From: Oculina patagonica
Lineage: Eukaryota
DNA: 64,000 nucleotides
Direction: 5' to 3'
Assembly (NCBI RefSeq): GCF_052425735.1
Contig: NC_135770.1
Span: forward strand, 29,946,001-30,010,000
Each line of letters starts with the position of its first letter. The stretch's first letter is position 1. This document shows positions 36,301 through 49,559 of this stretch, piece by piece. The notes below the pieces were generated by a model that was not told the DNA's origin, made no database searches, and worked only from the letters and a program-made list of their open reading frames with translations. The translations under genes and the position numbers were made by a program.

Positions 36301-39300
36301 TCCTGGTCCTGCACTACAACCAAACCTAGCATCTGTCCTCATCCGTTTTCGTACACACAGAGTTGGCATGATAGCAGATGTAGAGAAGATGTATCTTCAG
36401 ATTAAACTTGCACCAAAGGATCAAGACGTCCACCGGTACTTGTGGAGGGATCTAAGGACAGATGAAGTACCTAAAGTTTACAGAATGCGAAAATTGACAT
36501 TTGGAGTGAACTCTAGTCCATTTCTTGCCATCGCAACAGTGCATGCTCATGCCAATAAGTATGCAGATACATTCCCTAATGCTGTGAGGGAAATTCTACA
36601 TAACATGTATGTAGATGATTGCTTAACGGGAGCCGACGCAGACAACTCTGCAATGAAGCTTCAACAAGAGATGTCAGAAATCATGATGACAGCAGAATTT
36701 AACTTGACGAAATGGGCTAGCAACTCAGAGCTCGTAATGGATAGCATAGACCCAGAGAAAAGAGCATCATCGCCACTAGTGAAGTTTGATTCATGTGAAC
36801 CACTCAAAGCACTTGGTGTTTCATGGGACTTGACATCTGATTGCTTCAGATTCATTGCACCAAACGAAATTGTTTCATCCCATGATCCAATGACAAAGAG
36901 AAGTCTTTTAAGTTTAGCATCCAAAGTGTTTGACCCAATGGGACTGATTTCGCCTGCCACTGTGAAAGCAAAGATCCTTTTCCAAGAGCTCTGGCGGAGA
37001 GGATTAGAGTGGGATGACCCATTGGACAGTGACATTAAAAGGGAGTGGTCATCATGGAAGTCAGAGTTGTTGCAGCTAAAGGAGGTGGCCATACCTAGAT
37101 GGTTTGGAACAAGTGTCACTTCGGAGTCTACCGTCGAGCTACATGGTTTTGGAGATGCCTCCCCAAAGGCCTATGGAGCAGCAGTGTACATTCGAGTTAT
37201 TGACAAGCTGGGACAAGCATCCTCTCAGCTAGTGATGTCGAAATCCAGAGTTGCACCTATCAAGGAAGTGTCACTTCCAAGATTAGAACTACTAGCAGCA
37301 GTGGTCAATGGTAGATTATTGAAGTTTGTTGTAGATACTTTGCAAATCAAGATGCACCGTGTTGTATGCTGGACAGATAGTATGGTGACGCTTCACTGGA
37401 TTAGAGGACGAAGCTCACAATGGAAGCCATTCATAGCAAATCGAGTATCAGAAATCCAGTCGACATGGGATCCCGAGTGTTGGCACTACTGTGCTAGCGA
37501 GGACAATCCTGCAGATCTGTTGACACGTGGATCGAATTGTGACAAGCTGATGTCAAGTGGACTTTGGTGGAATGGACCACAATGGCTGTCCTTACCTCTT
37601 GAGTATCAACCCATCCAACATCAAAGTGAAGATAGTCCACCAAAAGCCTGTGAGGAGGAAAGAAGAGTAACCCATGCTTGCACATCAGTCACCATGAAGC
37701 CATTAATCGATATGTCTCGCTATGGAACATGGATGAAGCTGATCCGAGTAACTGCTTACGTGTTTAGAGCTGTAAAGGTGTTCAAAGCAAAATGCAAGTC
37801 TCCCGTGACTGAGCTGTCAGCTGAAGAAATGCAACAGGCAGAGTTGAAGTGCTGTATGTGGATACAACAAGATGTATATAAAGAAGACTACGAGCAGTTG
37901 AAAGCTGGAGAAGCACTGCCCAAAAGCAGCCGCCTGTTAAAGCTAGACCCTTACTATGACAGAGCTGATCAAGTAGTAAGAGTAGGTGGACGATTGCAGT
38001 TCGCTGACATTCCTGAAGAAACAAAGCATCAAGTAATCCTGCCACATGGACATCCTGAAGTCGCAAAGATGGTACTAGATGTCCACAAACAGATGTTCCA
38101 TGCTGGCCCAGAAACCATATTGTCAACCCTGAGACAGAGAATTTGGCTAACCCAAGGAAGACGTGAAGTCAAGCGAATCATCAGAAAATGTGTAACTTGT
38201 CAAAAGCAGCGTGTTGGCCCTTGTGATCAGAAAATGGGACTGCTTCCTGAGGAGAGAATTACACCCTCACTACCGTTTACACACATTGGTACTGACTTCG
38301 CTGGGCCCCTATACGTGAAAGAGGGATCAAGTGTGAAGAAAGCATACATTTGTGTATTTACCTGTGCATCGTCTCGCATGGTTCACCTAGAACTAACAAA
38401 CAGCCTGACAACAGATAAGTTCCTACAAGCCTTTAGTCGCATGACAAATCGCAGAGGTCTGTGCGACACAGTGCGGTCAGACAACGCAAAAACATTCGTA
38501 GCAGCAAGTAATGAAATCAAGAAGTTGTATGCCAACCACAAGACACAAACCCAATCTATGTGGGATGCAATGGATCTAGATCGTATCAAGTCTGAGTTAT
38601 CATCAAAGGGGATCAAGTGGAAATTTATCACTGAGCGTTCGCCATGGAGAGGTGGTTGGTGGGAACGATTTTGTAGAGAAGTCAAAGAACCACTTCGCAA
38701 GGTCCTGGGAAGAGCACTTCTCACCTTCACTGAACTGAACACACTGCTTATTAAAATAGAAGGTGTCATCAACTCAAGACCTCTGACTTCAGTGAGTGAT
38801 GATCACAGAGATCCATCGCCAATTACACCTGCCCATCTCGCCATTGGCAGACCACTTAACCAATTACCTGATGTTAATGAAGACAGCCTTGAGATGTCCA
38901 GTAAGAAAATTATGGAGAGGTATCTTTACGTGCAGAGATTATTCAACCACTACTGGAAGCGCTGGAAGCAAGAGTACCTGCATCAGTTGACCGTGAGAAA
39001 CAAGTGGCATAAAGAAGAAGCCCCCATAAAAGTAGGAGATATTGTGCTGATCTCAGATGATAATGTGTCTCGTGGAAAATGGCCGTTGGCTATAGTTCAA
39101 GAAGTTCACCCTGGACGGGATAATCTTGTGCGAACGGCAACAGTACGGACCGAGAAGAGTGTTCTACGCAGACCGGTACAGCGTCTACACAGATTAGAAG
39201 TAGAATCAGCAACCCCACAAGTGATTCCTGAAGAAGTTCGTTTGCATGGTGGGGAGAAGAATGAAACAAACATTGTTCATAGTGAAACTAGTACTGTTCC

Positions 39301-39578
39301 TGTTAGTAAGCCAAATCGCAGTGTTGTCCTCTCCGATAGAGGACAAGGTGGGGAGAATGTTACAGCCCGCTACACCCGCAGGGGTAGACTTTGTAGGAAA
39401 CCCGAAAAACTTGACTTGTAATTGTACCCCCGTGGGTACCCTACAGCGAGCGTCACGTGACTCGCATCGTGTTCGCTGTGCTCGAAGTTGTAAGTCCATG
39501 CACAGAATCGAAGCTGTGAAACAAAGATTGTTTGTACTCCCTGAAGCCGTGAATAAATACGTTGAGTTAAACAAAACA
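33356..39578 (+). mobile_element. BEL/Pao LTR retrotransposon, full length
   Basis: 221-bp TG..CA LTRs (33356-33576, 39358-39578) with 1 mismatch seen; TSD AAAAC; PBS TGGTCCTTCGAGC (tRNA-Tyr-like) at 33580; PPT before 39358. Confidence 0.96.
33689..39421 (+). pseudogene. BEL gag-pol polyprotein (SAP-like, Gag, CCHC knuckles, protease, RT, RNase H, integrase) with two frameshifts
   Basis: KLPRIELPKF; CFNC; LLDSGS; YLPHH, RIVFDAS, YVDD; FGDAS, PRLEL; HAG..C..C, DFAGP, SDN, WER; frame breaks at ~34990 and ~35850. Confidence 0.92.
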
Positions 39579-39583
39579 AAAAC

Positions 39584-41515
39584 AGAGCTCTCCGGATTAG
39601 TGTAAAAAGTAGAGATCCATCGTTGGATACTCTCACCGAAGTTAAAAAGGGCTAGCGTCTTCTGGATGAATTCCCACTCAATGGTGTCGAATGCCTTACG
39701 GAAATCTAATTGGAGGAGTATCCCAGGGATGTTCTGGGTTTCTGTTTGCTCTAACATGTCGTTAAGCAGTCTAACATTTTGACCGATGTATCTTCCTTTT
39801 ATAAATCCAGTTTGATCTGGATTGACGAGAAGTGTCAGTACTTTTTCTGTTCTTTTAGCTACGGCTTTTGACGCGATTTTATAGTCCAAATTTAATAGAG
39901 TGATCGGTCTCCAATTTGCGAGATTAAGTAAATTTGAGTCTTCTTTTGGTATAAGAGTGATGGTACCTCTACGCTGGGAGATTGACATTTCGCCCGTTTT
40001 ATATGCTGCATTGTAGCAGTTGATTAAGTCTTCGCCCAATAATTCAAAGAAACAATTGTAAAATTCCCAGGTAAAACCATCCTCTCCCGGCGATTTTCCG
40101 CTAGAAAACGACTTCAGAACTTCTTTGCATTCATCCATGGTAATTTCACCCTCTAGCTCCTCTTTGTCTAAATCTCGCAGCTTAGGTAATTCTAAGTTTC
40201 GAACGAAATTTTCGAACCGATTGCCATCAATATTCCCTTTGGATGTGTACAGTTTTTCATAAAAACATTCGATTTCCTTCAATATTTCATCCTCCTTACA
40301 TGAAGGTTTCCCGTCCGAAAGTTCTAATTCTGATATCTTTTTTCTGATGTAATTTCTCTTTTCCAAATTGAAGAAATACTTGGTTGGTTTTTCACCTTTT
40401 TCGGTCCATCTTGCTTTTGAGCGCAGTATTAAACCGTTCGCTTTTCTCTCGTAGAAGAGTTGAAGTTTTTGTTTTAAGATTTCCTTTTCGGTTAGTGCAT
40501 TGTTCGTAAGCGCTGAGTCGGTGCTATCAGCAATCAGTTTGTCTAGCTCTTCTAGACGGATTTGAAGGTCTGATTCGCTTTTGCGTTGCTTTTTAGCCTT
40601 GTTCTTCGAGTAAGCAATGGTAAGGCCTCTTATTTCCATTTTAATGAGCTCCCAGCATAATCTTTTATCTTCCAGTTCTCGGTATTTTTCACCTATAATA
40701 GGATAATTTTCTTTTATCAGTTTTACGTATTCTTCATCTTCAACAAGCGAATTATTAAACTTCCATAGTCTGGGTCCTCGCTTCACTCCTAGAGGTTTTA
40801 AAGTGAGTTTAATTGCTTTGTGATCCGGCGCATTAGAAGCCTTGGTTTCAATGTTCAAAACCCAATTGGTCAAGGGTCGTGCGACAAGGAAAAAATCTAT
40901 TCTTGAACTTACTTTCAACGCTTTTGATTCATAGGAAAAACACGGTTTGCGCGGGTATTGTTTCCTAAAGACATCGATTAGTTCTAATTCTTCCATCATT
41001 GAAATTAGGCTGTCCCTATAGGTAGATGCTTTCCATGGGATGCCGCCTCTTTTGTCTAGTGATTGTAGTGTGACATTCCAGTCCCCACCTATAATGAGAT
41101 TCTCTACATCCGTGTTATACATTAAATATTTATTCAGGTTATGCAAAAACACTTGTTGTTGTTGTGAATTGTTCGGAGCATAGACGTTGCACAGTGAGAA
41201 ATTGACTTTTTCAAGGGTTAGATTGATTGAAACAATCCTTCCCTCTTGGTCTTTGCTGGGCTTTTCGATTGGTGAAGCTAAGCTGAGTGAAAGGTTTATA
41301 AGAATACAGACCCCTTTGCTATGAGTAGAACCGTGTGAAAAGAAAATGTCACCACCCCACTCGCTTTTCCAAATTTTTTCATCGTTTGGCTCGGAATAAA
41401 TTTCCTGCAAAAAATAAAACTGACAGTTTTGGTCTTTAAGATAACTAAAGATGCTCCTTCTTTTTATCTGATTCCTAAGCCCTCTAACGTTTAACGTCAG
41501 TACAGAGCAATTACC
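39584..41515 (-). pseudogene. LINE ORF2, 5' part (APE endonuclease plus RT N-terminal half)
   Basis: LNVRGL, QE, NVYAPN, GGDWN, SRIDFF, PDH, KSPGEDG, NWRPITLLN, DFRKAFD; joins the 3' part as PESS-VLNNG across the LTR insertion. Confidence 0.9.
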
Positions 41516-41821
41516 CTGTGCAACTTGGAAGGCGTAAATACATTGTTATTACTCTGAGCTGAGTGATCCGAGGAATACATTGTGGGTAAACAAAAAAAAA
41601 ACATTCAGAGGATAAGTTGGTACAAAAAACATCGCTAAATAACACAAAATATGCAAACCTAAAAAAACTACACATAAACACAAATACATTTACGTACATT
41701 TTCGTCTTCGCGGAGGTTGGAAGTCCAGGGAATACCCAGCGACTTCGTTTGGCTGTATGGAATCTTTCGCCGTTCGGCGATGGAAAGGGAAAAACAAAAC
41801 ATACCTTGGTTGGCAGGGATT

Positions 41822-42788
41822 TCAAACGACTACTGGTCTAAATTCGGTCGGAATAGAGTTAATGTCATACATTTGGTTGTCAATAAACAGGCTTCGGTTG
41901 ATGACTTTAGCTTCTCGTCCCTTTTCCTTTGCGGCAAACATAGCTTTAATTAAAGATCTTCTTTCTTCCTGTATTGCCCGAGCATAATCTTTGGTGATGT
42001 AGGCGTTTTCATACCTTTCGGATCTTTTTAGCCGATTTTTGACTGATAGAACTTGTTCTGTGTGTTCTCGGCTAACAAATCTAGCTATTATCGGTCGCGG
42101 GCGCGGTGGCGTGGAGTTGTCTTGATCAGTTTGGGACGCTGTTTTACCGACACGGTGTACTGCATGAAACGTGATATCTTCGGTGCTTAACTTTAGCTCG
42201 TTCTCTGTCATAAACTATGTCCCAACAATTTTCCTCTCTTGCTTCTGGAATGTTCATGATTGTCAGATTTTCTCTTCTGGTGTAGTTCTCTAAAGCGATA
42301 AGTTTTTCTTGGGTCTCTTTGAGTGATGGTCGCATTTGATCGTTGTCAGCACGTATTTGCTTTATCTCCGCTTGGAGTTCTTGGATGGTCGATGTGTGCT
42401 TGTCCAGCATGTCCTGGTGAGATCTTTTTGAATCTTTATTCGTTTTCGCCTCCTGCTGGACGTCTTCGATCACTGCCCACGCGTGCTCGAGGGATTTTTC
42501 GATCTCTTTGATATTGACTTTGACACCATCAATTTGTTCTTTGAATTCGCACCTTAGTTCGGATATTTGGGAGTGCATTTGTGAGAAGTTGTCTTCCATT
42601 CTTGATTCTAAAGATGTTAGCTTGTCCATAATCATCCTCAAGGAGACTTGGTCTTCAGAATCCTTGCTCGAACTCATCTCAGTTTTTCTTTGGCTCTTTA
42701 GTCTTAGTCTTCTCTTCGGAGACGGGTTTTCTGCACAACTCGGCGAGCGAACCAGCCGTTTCGACATCAAAAGGCTAGAATAACGCAA
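41822..42788 (-). pseudogene. LINE ORF1 (coiled coil plus RRM-type domain), one frameshift
   Basis: Heptad repeats; ENYTRRENL..NIPE; HRVG; RPRPIIARF. Confidence 0.82.
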
Positions 42789-43530
42789 ACGGTATTTTCC
42801 ATATTAAGCTTTAGTTATTTCAGTTTTCGGCGGCGCTTTTTTTCGAAGGTCGAAGCCTATCTGGGCTTCCCCGGAACGAAAGTTTACGCAGCTCGTACAA
42901 CGCGTCCGTCGGCCATCTTGGCTTTCACACCTCCAAAATCCAAAAAGAAAATCCAAAAGTATGATTGGTTAAATCGCTGCGTAACCGCAGACAGCCGCGG
43001 AAAAAGTTGAACTCAGTTCAACTTTATTTTTTTTTTGTGAAAACACTCGCGATCGCTCCGTGCGTATACGTGCGTGTAACGTACGTAAATACCAAGAAAA
43101 AAAACGTGGCATTGGAAATTGGACAACGTAAATTCGACGCACGTAATCGCGCGAGTAAAATTTCATTTTTACGTACGTTTTCAATTTTTATGTACGTTAA
43201 CGTGCGTCAACAAAAACGCGACAGTGGAAATCCACCTTTAGGCTGGGTTAGGCCGAGGGCGAAAAAAGACAACTGACACATTTAATTGAAAATTTTGTTT
43301 GTCAACCTTGGCGTGCAAACACTTGTGTCAACTGAGTCATTGTTACTAGGCCGTTTTAACGGGAATTCTAAATAAGAATTTTGCTTCAGGAGCTTTTGCC
43401 CAAGCCAAACTGGATTGCATGTATTGAATATATCAGTACATTTGCTCAGGAGCGTTCTTGCAAGTGAGTTTTTCAAAGCAACCATTCAAACACAAGTGGC
43501 GGTTCTACACGAAGGCTAGTGAGTTTGCAA

Positions 43531-43555
43531 TAGGCCTTATCAGAGTTTTGGTGGT

Positions 43556-43615
<60 letters not shown>

Positions 43616-44376
43616 TTTTTTTTTTCTTATCACGGTTTTCGACGCCTGGGCTAGAAGTGTTCAGTTACGTTTTCAATTTCCCATACATTTGTCTATAGTT
43701 TTTTCCGCATGATTGACGCGGTTCGCGGGAAAATTTATAGACAAATGTATGGAAAAATTAATAACGTAACTGAACGCTTTCTAGCCAAGCGACAACCTTC
43801 AAACTTGGCGAAGCATTACCAAGCGTCTTACATTCGTTTACATCTACCCGTGAACACTCGCCGCCGAAACATGATCTAATTGGGTATTAAACGTGGCATG
43901 ATTCGTCATCAAACGTTGAAGTTTGGAAGACCGTAACGGCAACTTCCGCGCCGAAAGTTCAACACATTCCGGTTTCGAAATGGCTGAAAGATTGGATTTT
44001 GAGACTTCTTTCGAAAAATTGATCCTGACCTGTGTCGATATGCATTTGCAGGTTCACTTGAATCACTTCTAGTGTAAAGTTTCGCCCGTACTTAGTGTTT
44101 ATGGTGAGAATTTTGAGCGCGAAAGTTGTCGTTACGGTCTACCAAATTTCAACATTTGATGAAGAATCATACCACGTTTGACACCTAATTAGATCATGTT
44201 TCGGCGGCGAGTGTTCACGGGTAGATGCAAGCGACGGTAACTTCACAATTCATAAATTGTCCAGAGTTCAATTTTTATAAAATATATTTGCCGTCGGATT
44301 CCCATACAAACACTGTAATTTCTAGCCGCTTTCTCTACTCGTCAAGATGGCGTCGAAAACCGTGATAAGGCCTATT
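43531..44376. mobile_element. MITE with internal inverted repeats; left TIR interrupted by a ~70-nt T tract
   Basis: TAGGCCTTATCA..[T-tract]..CTTATCACGGTTTTCGACGCC vs GGCGTCGAAAACCGTGATAAGGCCTA; ~43842-43955 is inverted against ~44118-44228. Confidence 0.65.
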
Positions 44377-46319
44377 TATCTATATCAGGGAATTGATTCA
44401 AAGATGCAATGGTTCTTTACAAAAAAGCCTTGAACAGTTACAACCCATACGATCAATGCGGATATAGTTTTGGTACAAATTACTTGTGCACATAAAAAGC
44501 AATGAATGTTGTCAGCTGATTGTATTTCTCCGCTTATCGACGCGGAAGCAACAAGAAAAGCTGTGCAAGTGTTTTAAAAAGATCATTATATTAAAGAGGG
44601 ATTTATGTCTCTTCTCTTTGGATGATTATGAAATTTGTAAATCGGCGCGATGTCGCTCGGTAGAACACTTGAAAACACGAGGTACCGGGCGTTGTTTTCT
44701 CGTTCGCTGTCGCATATGTCGCTGATCTGACGCCGTGTCTTCTGTCGATATTTATTTTAACTTGATCGCGATCGAAAAATGAAGGCCTCTTCACTCGTCC
44801 CCTTCTCCTTGATGTCTTCGTCTCTCACTTTCTCCGCTAACCATAAGCGATGGTTTTCATGAAACAGCATACTTCACGTACCAAAAAAACACTATTTAGA
44901 ATCTTAAAATATCGATAAATAGGAGAGAGACCAAAAAAATTGTTTTTCGCTTAAACAAATTTCTATATAGTTCTGAGCGAAATGGCGCAAAAATTTTTAG
45001 AAATGGCTTCGAACATCGACTTCAGTTTCTCCTCCAGTTCTGATTCTGAAGTCACGGAAATGGAAGCGTACTAGCAAGGATTCGAAGGTTCGCCAAACTC
45101 TAGCTTCATAGCAGACATGGTAGCGATAGTCGATTCGTTACTCATGTTGTTTCGTTGCATTGCTTAAACTAAAGTGTAAATTCTGATTTACAATCGATGA
45201 ATTAAACTTGTGTACATGTATTCAAGCGAGCAGTTGTGTTTGTTGTTTCCGTGTTTTAGTTCTTTATTTTATAGTTCTTGATATTCACCTCTGGAAATTA
45301 GACTAAAGCAATTATTCGCCTCAGGCTCAGTGAATCTCGGCGAATAATTGTAAAATGTTCTGATATGTTTATTTGAATCACCTGCTGCTCATATATATTC
45401 AAGGTATGAAAACTAAACGTAAAAGCTTTGTGAAAACATTCAGTCGTGGCTCGAAGAGCTCTTTGATTCATAGCGTTTTTGAAGGAAAAATTTTGTTCCT
45501 ACAAGTTTTCAAGCATTTTTGGAGGGACATAAGCATTTTTGGGAGGGACAGAAGCATAACGCTCTCTTTCGTAAGCGAAACAATAACAGGATCAAATATC
45601 TGCTAGAAAGCAGATAATTTACTGCACTCTTACGTAATTTCTCGTGTCATGAGTAACATTTGCCCTGCTTTAAGATTATTATTTTTGTCGTACCGCAGTC
45701 ATTCAGTATAACCGTGAGCGGTTTAAATTTGTCTTGCACCTATAAACCACCGTTAACACTAGTACTTTGGCCGCTTATTTACCAGAATGAAAACATTGTT
45801 AGCTCCAGTGAAAATTAAATAAATGGGAAGCTCCGCTGGGGGGGTTAAGGCTTGCCTAAATCTATATATTAGTGTTTGTTTTGTTACTTTTTATTGCATT
45901 AATTCTTAAGTGTAAATTCTGATTGCAATCGATGAATTAAACAGGTTTACACCGTATACAAGCGAGCACTTGCGTTTGTTGATTGCTTGTTTTCTATCGT
46001 TATTTTGCAGTTCTTGATAATCACCTCTGATTATTCAACAATAATCACTTCACCTTCGCCGAAAAATTATTCACTGTCTGGAACCGACTGGTATATGGCA
46101 TCCCCCATCCCTTTTCCCCAGATATACTTCCAAGGGTTAGGTGTTATGTATTAGGTTTTTTATTTAAAAGAACTCAAAACAATTTTTAGTTTGTGTTACA
46201 AATTTCTTCAGTTTTCTAGGCTGGTTTGTTAATTATTTCCTAATTTCTCTCGTCACCATTTAATTACCCATACTAATATGATCAACCAATTGTTTTCTCA
46301 CAGAATACTGGCAGAAGTA

Positions 46320-46459
46320 GAGGGTCTGGATGGGGGGTACAAATGTCAGTTGTCAGTTAAAAGTTTGGTCATTTAGCATTTGTCAATTAAATTTTAGGCC
46401 TTATGTCAGTTACAATTTTGGCCATATGTCAGTTGTCAGTTAGCCCTATCCAGACCCTC
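46320..46459. mobile_element. Short MITE with TGTCAGT repeats
   Basis: TIR GAGGGTCTGGAT / ATCCAGACCCTC; flanked by GAAGTA; absent at the paralogous site ~18440. Confidence 0.7.
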
Positions 46460-48321
46460 GAAGTAGGGTCATAGTAGTAACTGGTAGTAGGCACAAACGT
46501 TAAAAAGAACATTTACTATGTAACACTAAAGCTCCATGAATTATGCTATGAGACGCCTTTGATGCTTCGATTTTGAATCCAGTTACTCCATGGACAATCC
46601 TTTCATTAAGAGGGCAAAGCATTATTAAAATGTCATGCACCATTGTATCTAAAGTTACCCTGATGTTTAGTTGTTTTGACAAGATGTTAACGTGACAGAA
46701 GTCGCGGTGTCTGGTGTGATACACACAAGAATTTGGCGCGCATTTAAACTTGGACAAGCAATAGTTGCATTGCTTGAATAACGCAAATATCAAGAACTTT
46801 AGTGTGATTATCCTAATTAAGTTCTCTCCCCTTGATCCACTTTAGGATACGTTGATGTTATCAAGTTGCCGAGCTTTACATAAAACACAGCAAAACAATG
46901 GCCGGTCTAAAGCTTATACACGTCTTCTGGTTTACCGTTTGCTTCGTTGTAGCACTAACGCTGTGCCTCCTGCATTTAACGAAAGTAATAAACATTAGCA
47001 CGCCTCTCGCTGCTATTGCTTCCTTAAAGCAAGTCGCCGGATACCCATTTGGTAAACAATACGATTGCCAGGGGGACTCTCTTATTAACAGCTAATTCTA
47101 ACAAAGTTCAAGATGAACACGTTAGTCAAACGGCGCTTATTTCGTGTAGGTTGCGACACTTCAGACACGAGTGGCTCCGTCAGCGCCGCACACGCGTAGA
47201 CTGGATGAACATTATTAGGCCATGTGCTGACCAAATGGCCTGGGGTTTAGTTAAGGATAACTGGGGCAAAATAAGTAGAAGCAATGCAGCAACAAGTGAC
47301 GTCATATTTGAAGAAATCAGGCCGGCGGGGGAGTTCAGCAGGATTTTCATCCAATCAAAAACCTCAGATAATCGAACAAAGGTGATTGGCGGAGACACGT
47401 GGAGGGTTTACGTACGTGGCCCATCAAGCGTTGCGGCCACTGTTTTTGATCACAATAACGGAACTTACGAAGCTTTATTTCTCATCACGGAGCCTGGTGT
47501 CTATCAGCTGATGATTTATCTTGATTATAGTCTTTGTGATGGCTTCAGAGACCCACCACGTGACTGGTTCATTAAAGGAAACGCTCAAGGGGAAGGCCAG
47601 GAAGATGGGATTCTAGGACCCTTAGACGAATACTTGGTGAGACAGCCCTTAGCTAAGCCCTTAGCCCTTAGCCCATAGCTAAGACCCGGCTAAATATGTC
47701 TCTTTTAGGTAAGTAAAAGTCGGTGACACAATAAATTTCTTCGACTTCAAAATCTTGCTACCATGACGGGTCATTGGACTTGGATTCAAATCTTACACTA
47801 CTCTCTAGTCAAAATGTATGTTGTAATAATGATTCGGAATATCATTTAAAGTCCATAATTCGTAGAAATCAACTGAGTAAAATACATAATAACTCGTGTG
47901 GCTTAAATGGGATAGTTGATGTTATTTTGTCATATCACCTTAAGGTTGCTATTGTTAGCGGCTACAAGTTTTCGCGATTTTTTTCTGAGCAAGATTACAA
48001 CAGGTTATCTATTTAATTTAGCAATTTTCCCAAAATATTTAGAAAATAGTGATATCGTGTAAACCAGTTTTAATGAAAGTATACCAGTTTTAATGAAAGT
48101 ATAGCTAAGATGAACATAATTGTTCACTTGAAATTGAACGAACATTTGCATTGCCAGAATGAAAAAAGTTAACGGGACCCATTTTTGGAAGACTTTTTCA
48201 AGTCAACTATGTTTAATGGTCCTTAATTTTGTTTTCCTTTTGGGTGGGAGGGGGTGGGGGTCCTTAAATGTAACGAGTAATAAATTTGGCCGAGAAAAAT
48301 GTTAGCGAGTACTAAATTTAG

Positions 48322-49136
48322 CCATCGCTAGAAATCGCGGACATTGAAGTCGGCGAATTTTGATGCATCTTACATTAACCGCTCGCGAAACTTGGTAATA
48401 GCCGCTGATTCGAAAGCCTGACTTTGGGCTCATATACATCTACGATGGTACACAAAAATGCAGCCTACACAGAGTAATATTTTGTGAAGTAGGAAAACCA
48501 CTGGTCATAAATATTGCCTGATAATAAAAATGGAGCAAAAGATCTTTCAAACGATGGCTTTTGCGGCAAAATTGGAGCAAAGACGGCTGAAATATCGTAG
48601 CTCAAAGACAGCGGATTTTGGGATTTCAATGTGAACTGCCGCCGTGTGTTTACAGTATGCGATTTTTTGTGGTTTTCTAACGGCAAAGATACAAATGAAA
48701 TCTAATCGGAAGGAGATGTAAATCATTTGGTGAGTTAGATTCATGTATAGTTTTATCAAATCTGCTTTCACATTTTTTCGATCACATTCAGTTTGCCGAT
48801 AATCCCCGTTTATAAACTTTAAGTTTTCGGTTTTCGCCATACATTTCTCCTCTACGCCTTATAATTTTGGTCTCAAAAACTGTTCGCAGAAAACGTTCAT
48901 GAATACAAATGAAATTCGAAGTCTGCACTTCAATTCTTGTACAATGTGGTCCTTAATACATCAATCTATTGTGTTCCGCTTTCACATTTTTACATTTGTT
49001 AATTTGTCAAGAAATATTTAATAAAACATTTCATTCTCCATACATTTTCTTTGTAATTCTTGCGTTCGCTTCTACGGTCAATGTACCGCAGGACATACTA
49101 TTCGCGGACTCGGAGGTCCGCGATTTCTAGAGATGG
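48322..49136. mobile_element. Non-autonomous TIR element in an intron
   Basis: TIR CCATCGCTAGAAATCGCGGAC / GTCCGCGATTTCTAGAGATGG. Confidence 0.7.
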
Positions 49137-49559
49137 ATTTCAGCCCTACTCTATCTAGTCATTCCTCCATCAAACCTGCTGGACTATTCCTTATTTGAAA
49201 TTCATCTGAGGACTTGAGCCACAGCCAAATTACTTCTGGTACATGCAATTGTTTCTCCTGTGTTAAAAACGAGTACGTAAAATGTAGCTACGAGCATGAC
49301 CCCTTTTTATTACACGGTGACATTCTTCTAAGTTTACACGGAAATCAGACTGAATGAACGTTGACTTAAAAAAATGAACTCAAATACAGTTCAAATCAAA
49401 CAGAACTATTTTGTTAATAAATGATACTTTATTCATTCCCAATACATTAGTTACATGAAACGCAGGACTCACCTATTGTGATTTACTTTTAGAACTATAT
49501 CACTTCCTTACAATATACTCCTTACTTGCAATATTTAACTTACTAAAAGTACATTAATT

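Larger units (their letters stand above)
29429..42933 (-). mobile_element. Full-length L1/Tx1-clade LINE (interrupted)
   Basis: ORF1 and ORF2 on the minus strand; 5' AAGATGGCC; A-rich tail at ~29429; putative TSD CAAAATCCAAAAG (29413-25; 42934-59). The 3' end could instead lie at the second A-tract near 29690-29715. Confidence 0.75.
28866..43237. mobile_element. Harbinger-type MITE split by ~13.5 kb of nested insertions
   Basis: TIR AGGTGGATTTCCACTGACGCGT / ACGCGACAGTGGAAATCCACCT; TTA TSD (28863-65, 43238-40); ACGT-rich subterminal repeats in both halves. Confidence 0.75.

Noticed and set aside
39206-39583. C-terminal extension of the 734-aa LINE ORF
   Set aside because: Read-through into the antisense BEL LTR; the true ORF2 continues at 33355.
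43458-43712. Poly-Phe ORF
   Set aside because: It is the translation of a poly-T tract.
47645-47680. Interstitial telomeric repeat
   Set aside because: The unit is GCCCTTA, not CCCTAA, and it is explained by copying of the local flanks.
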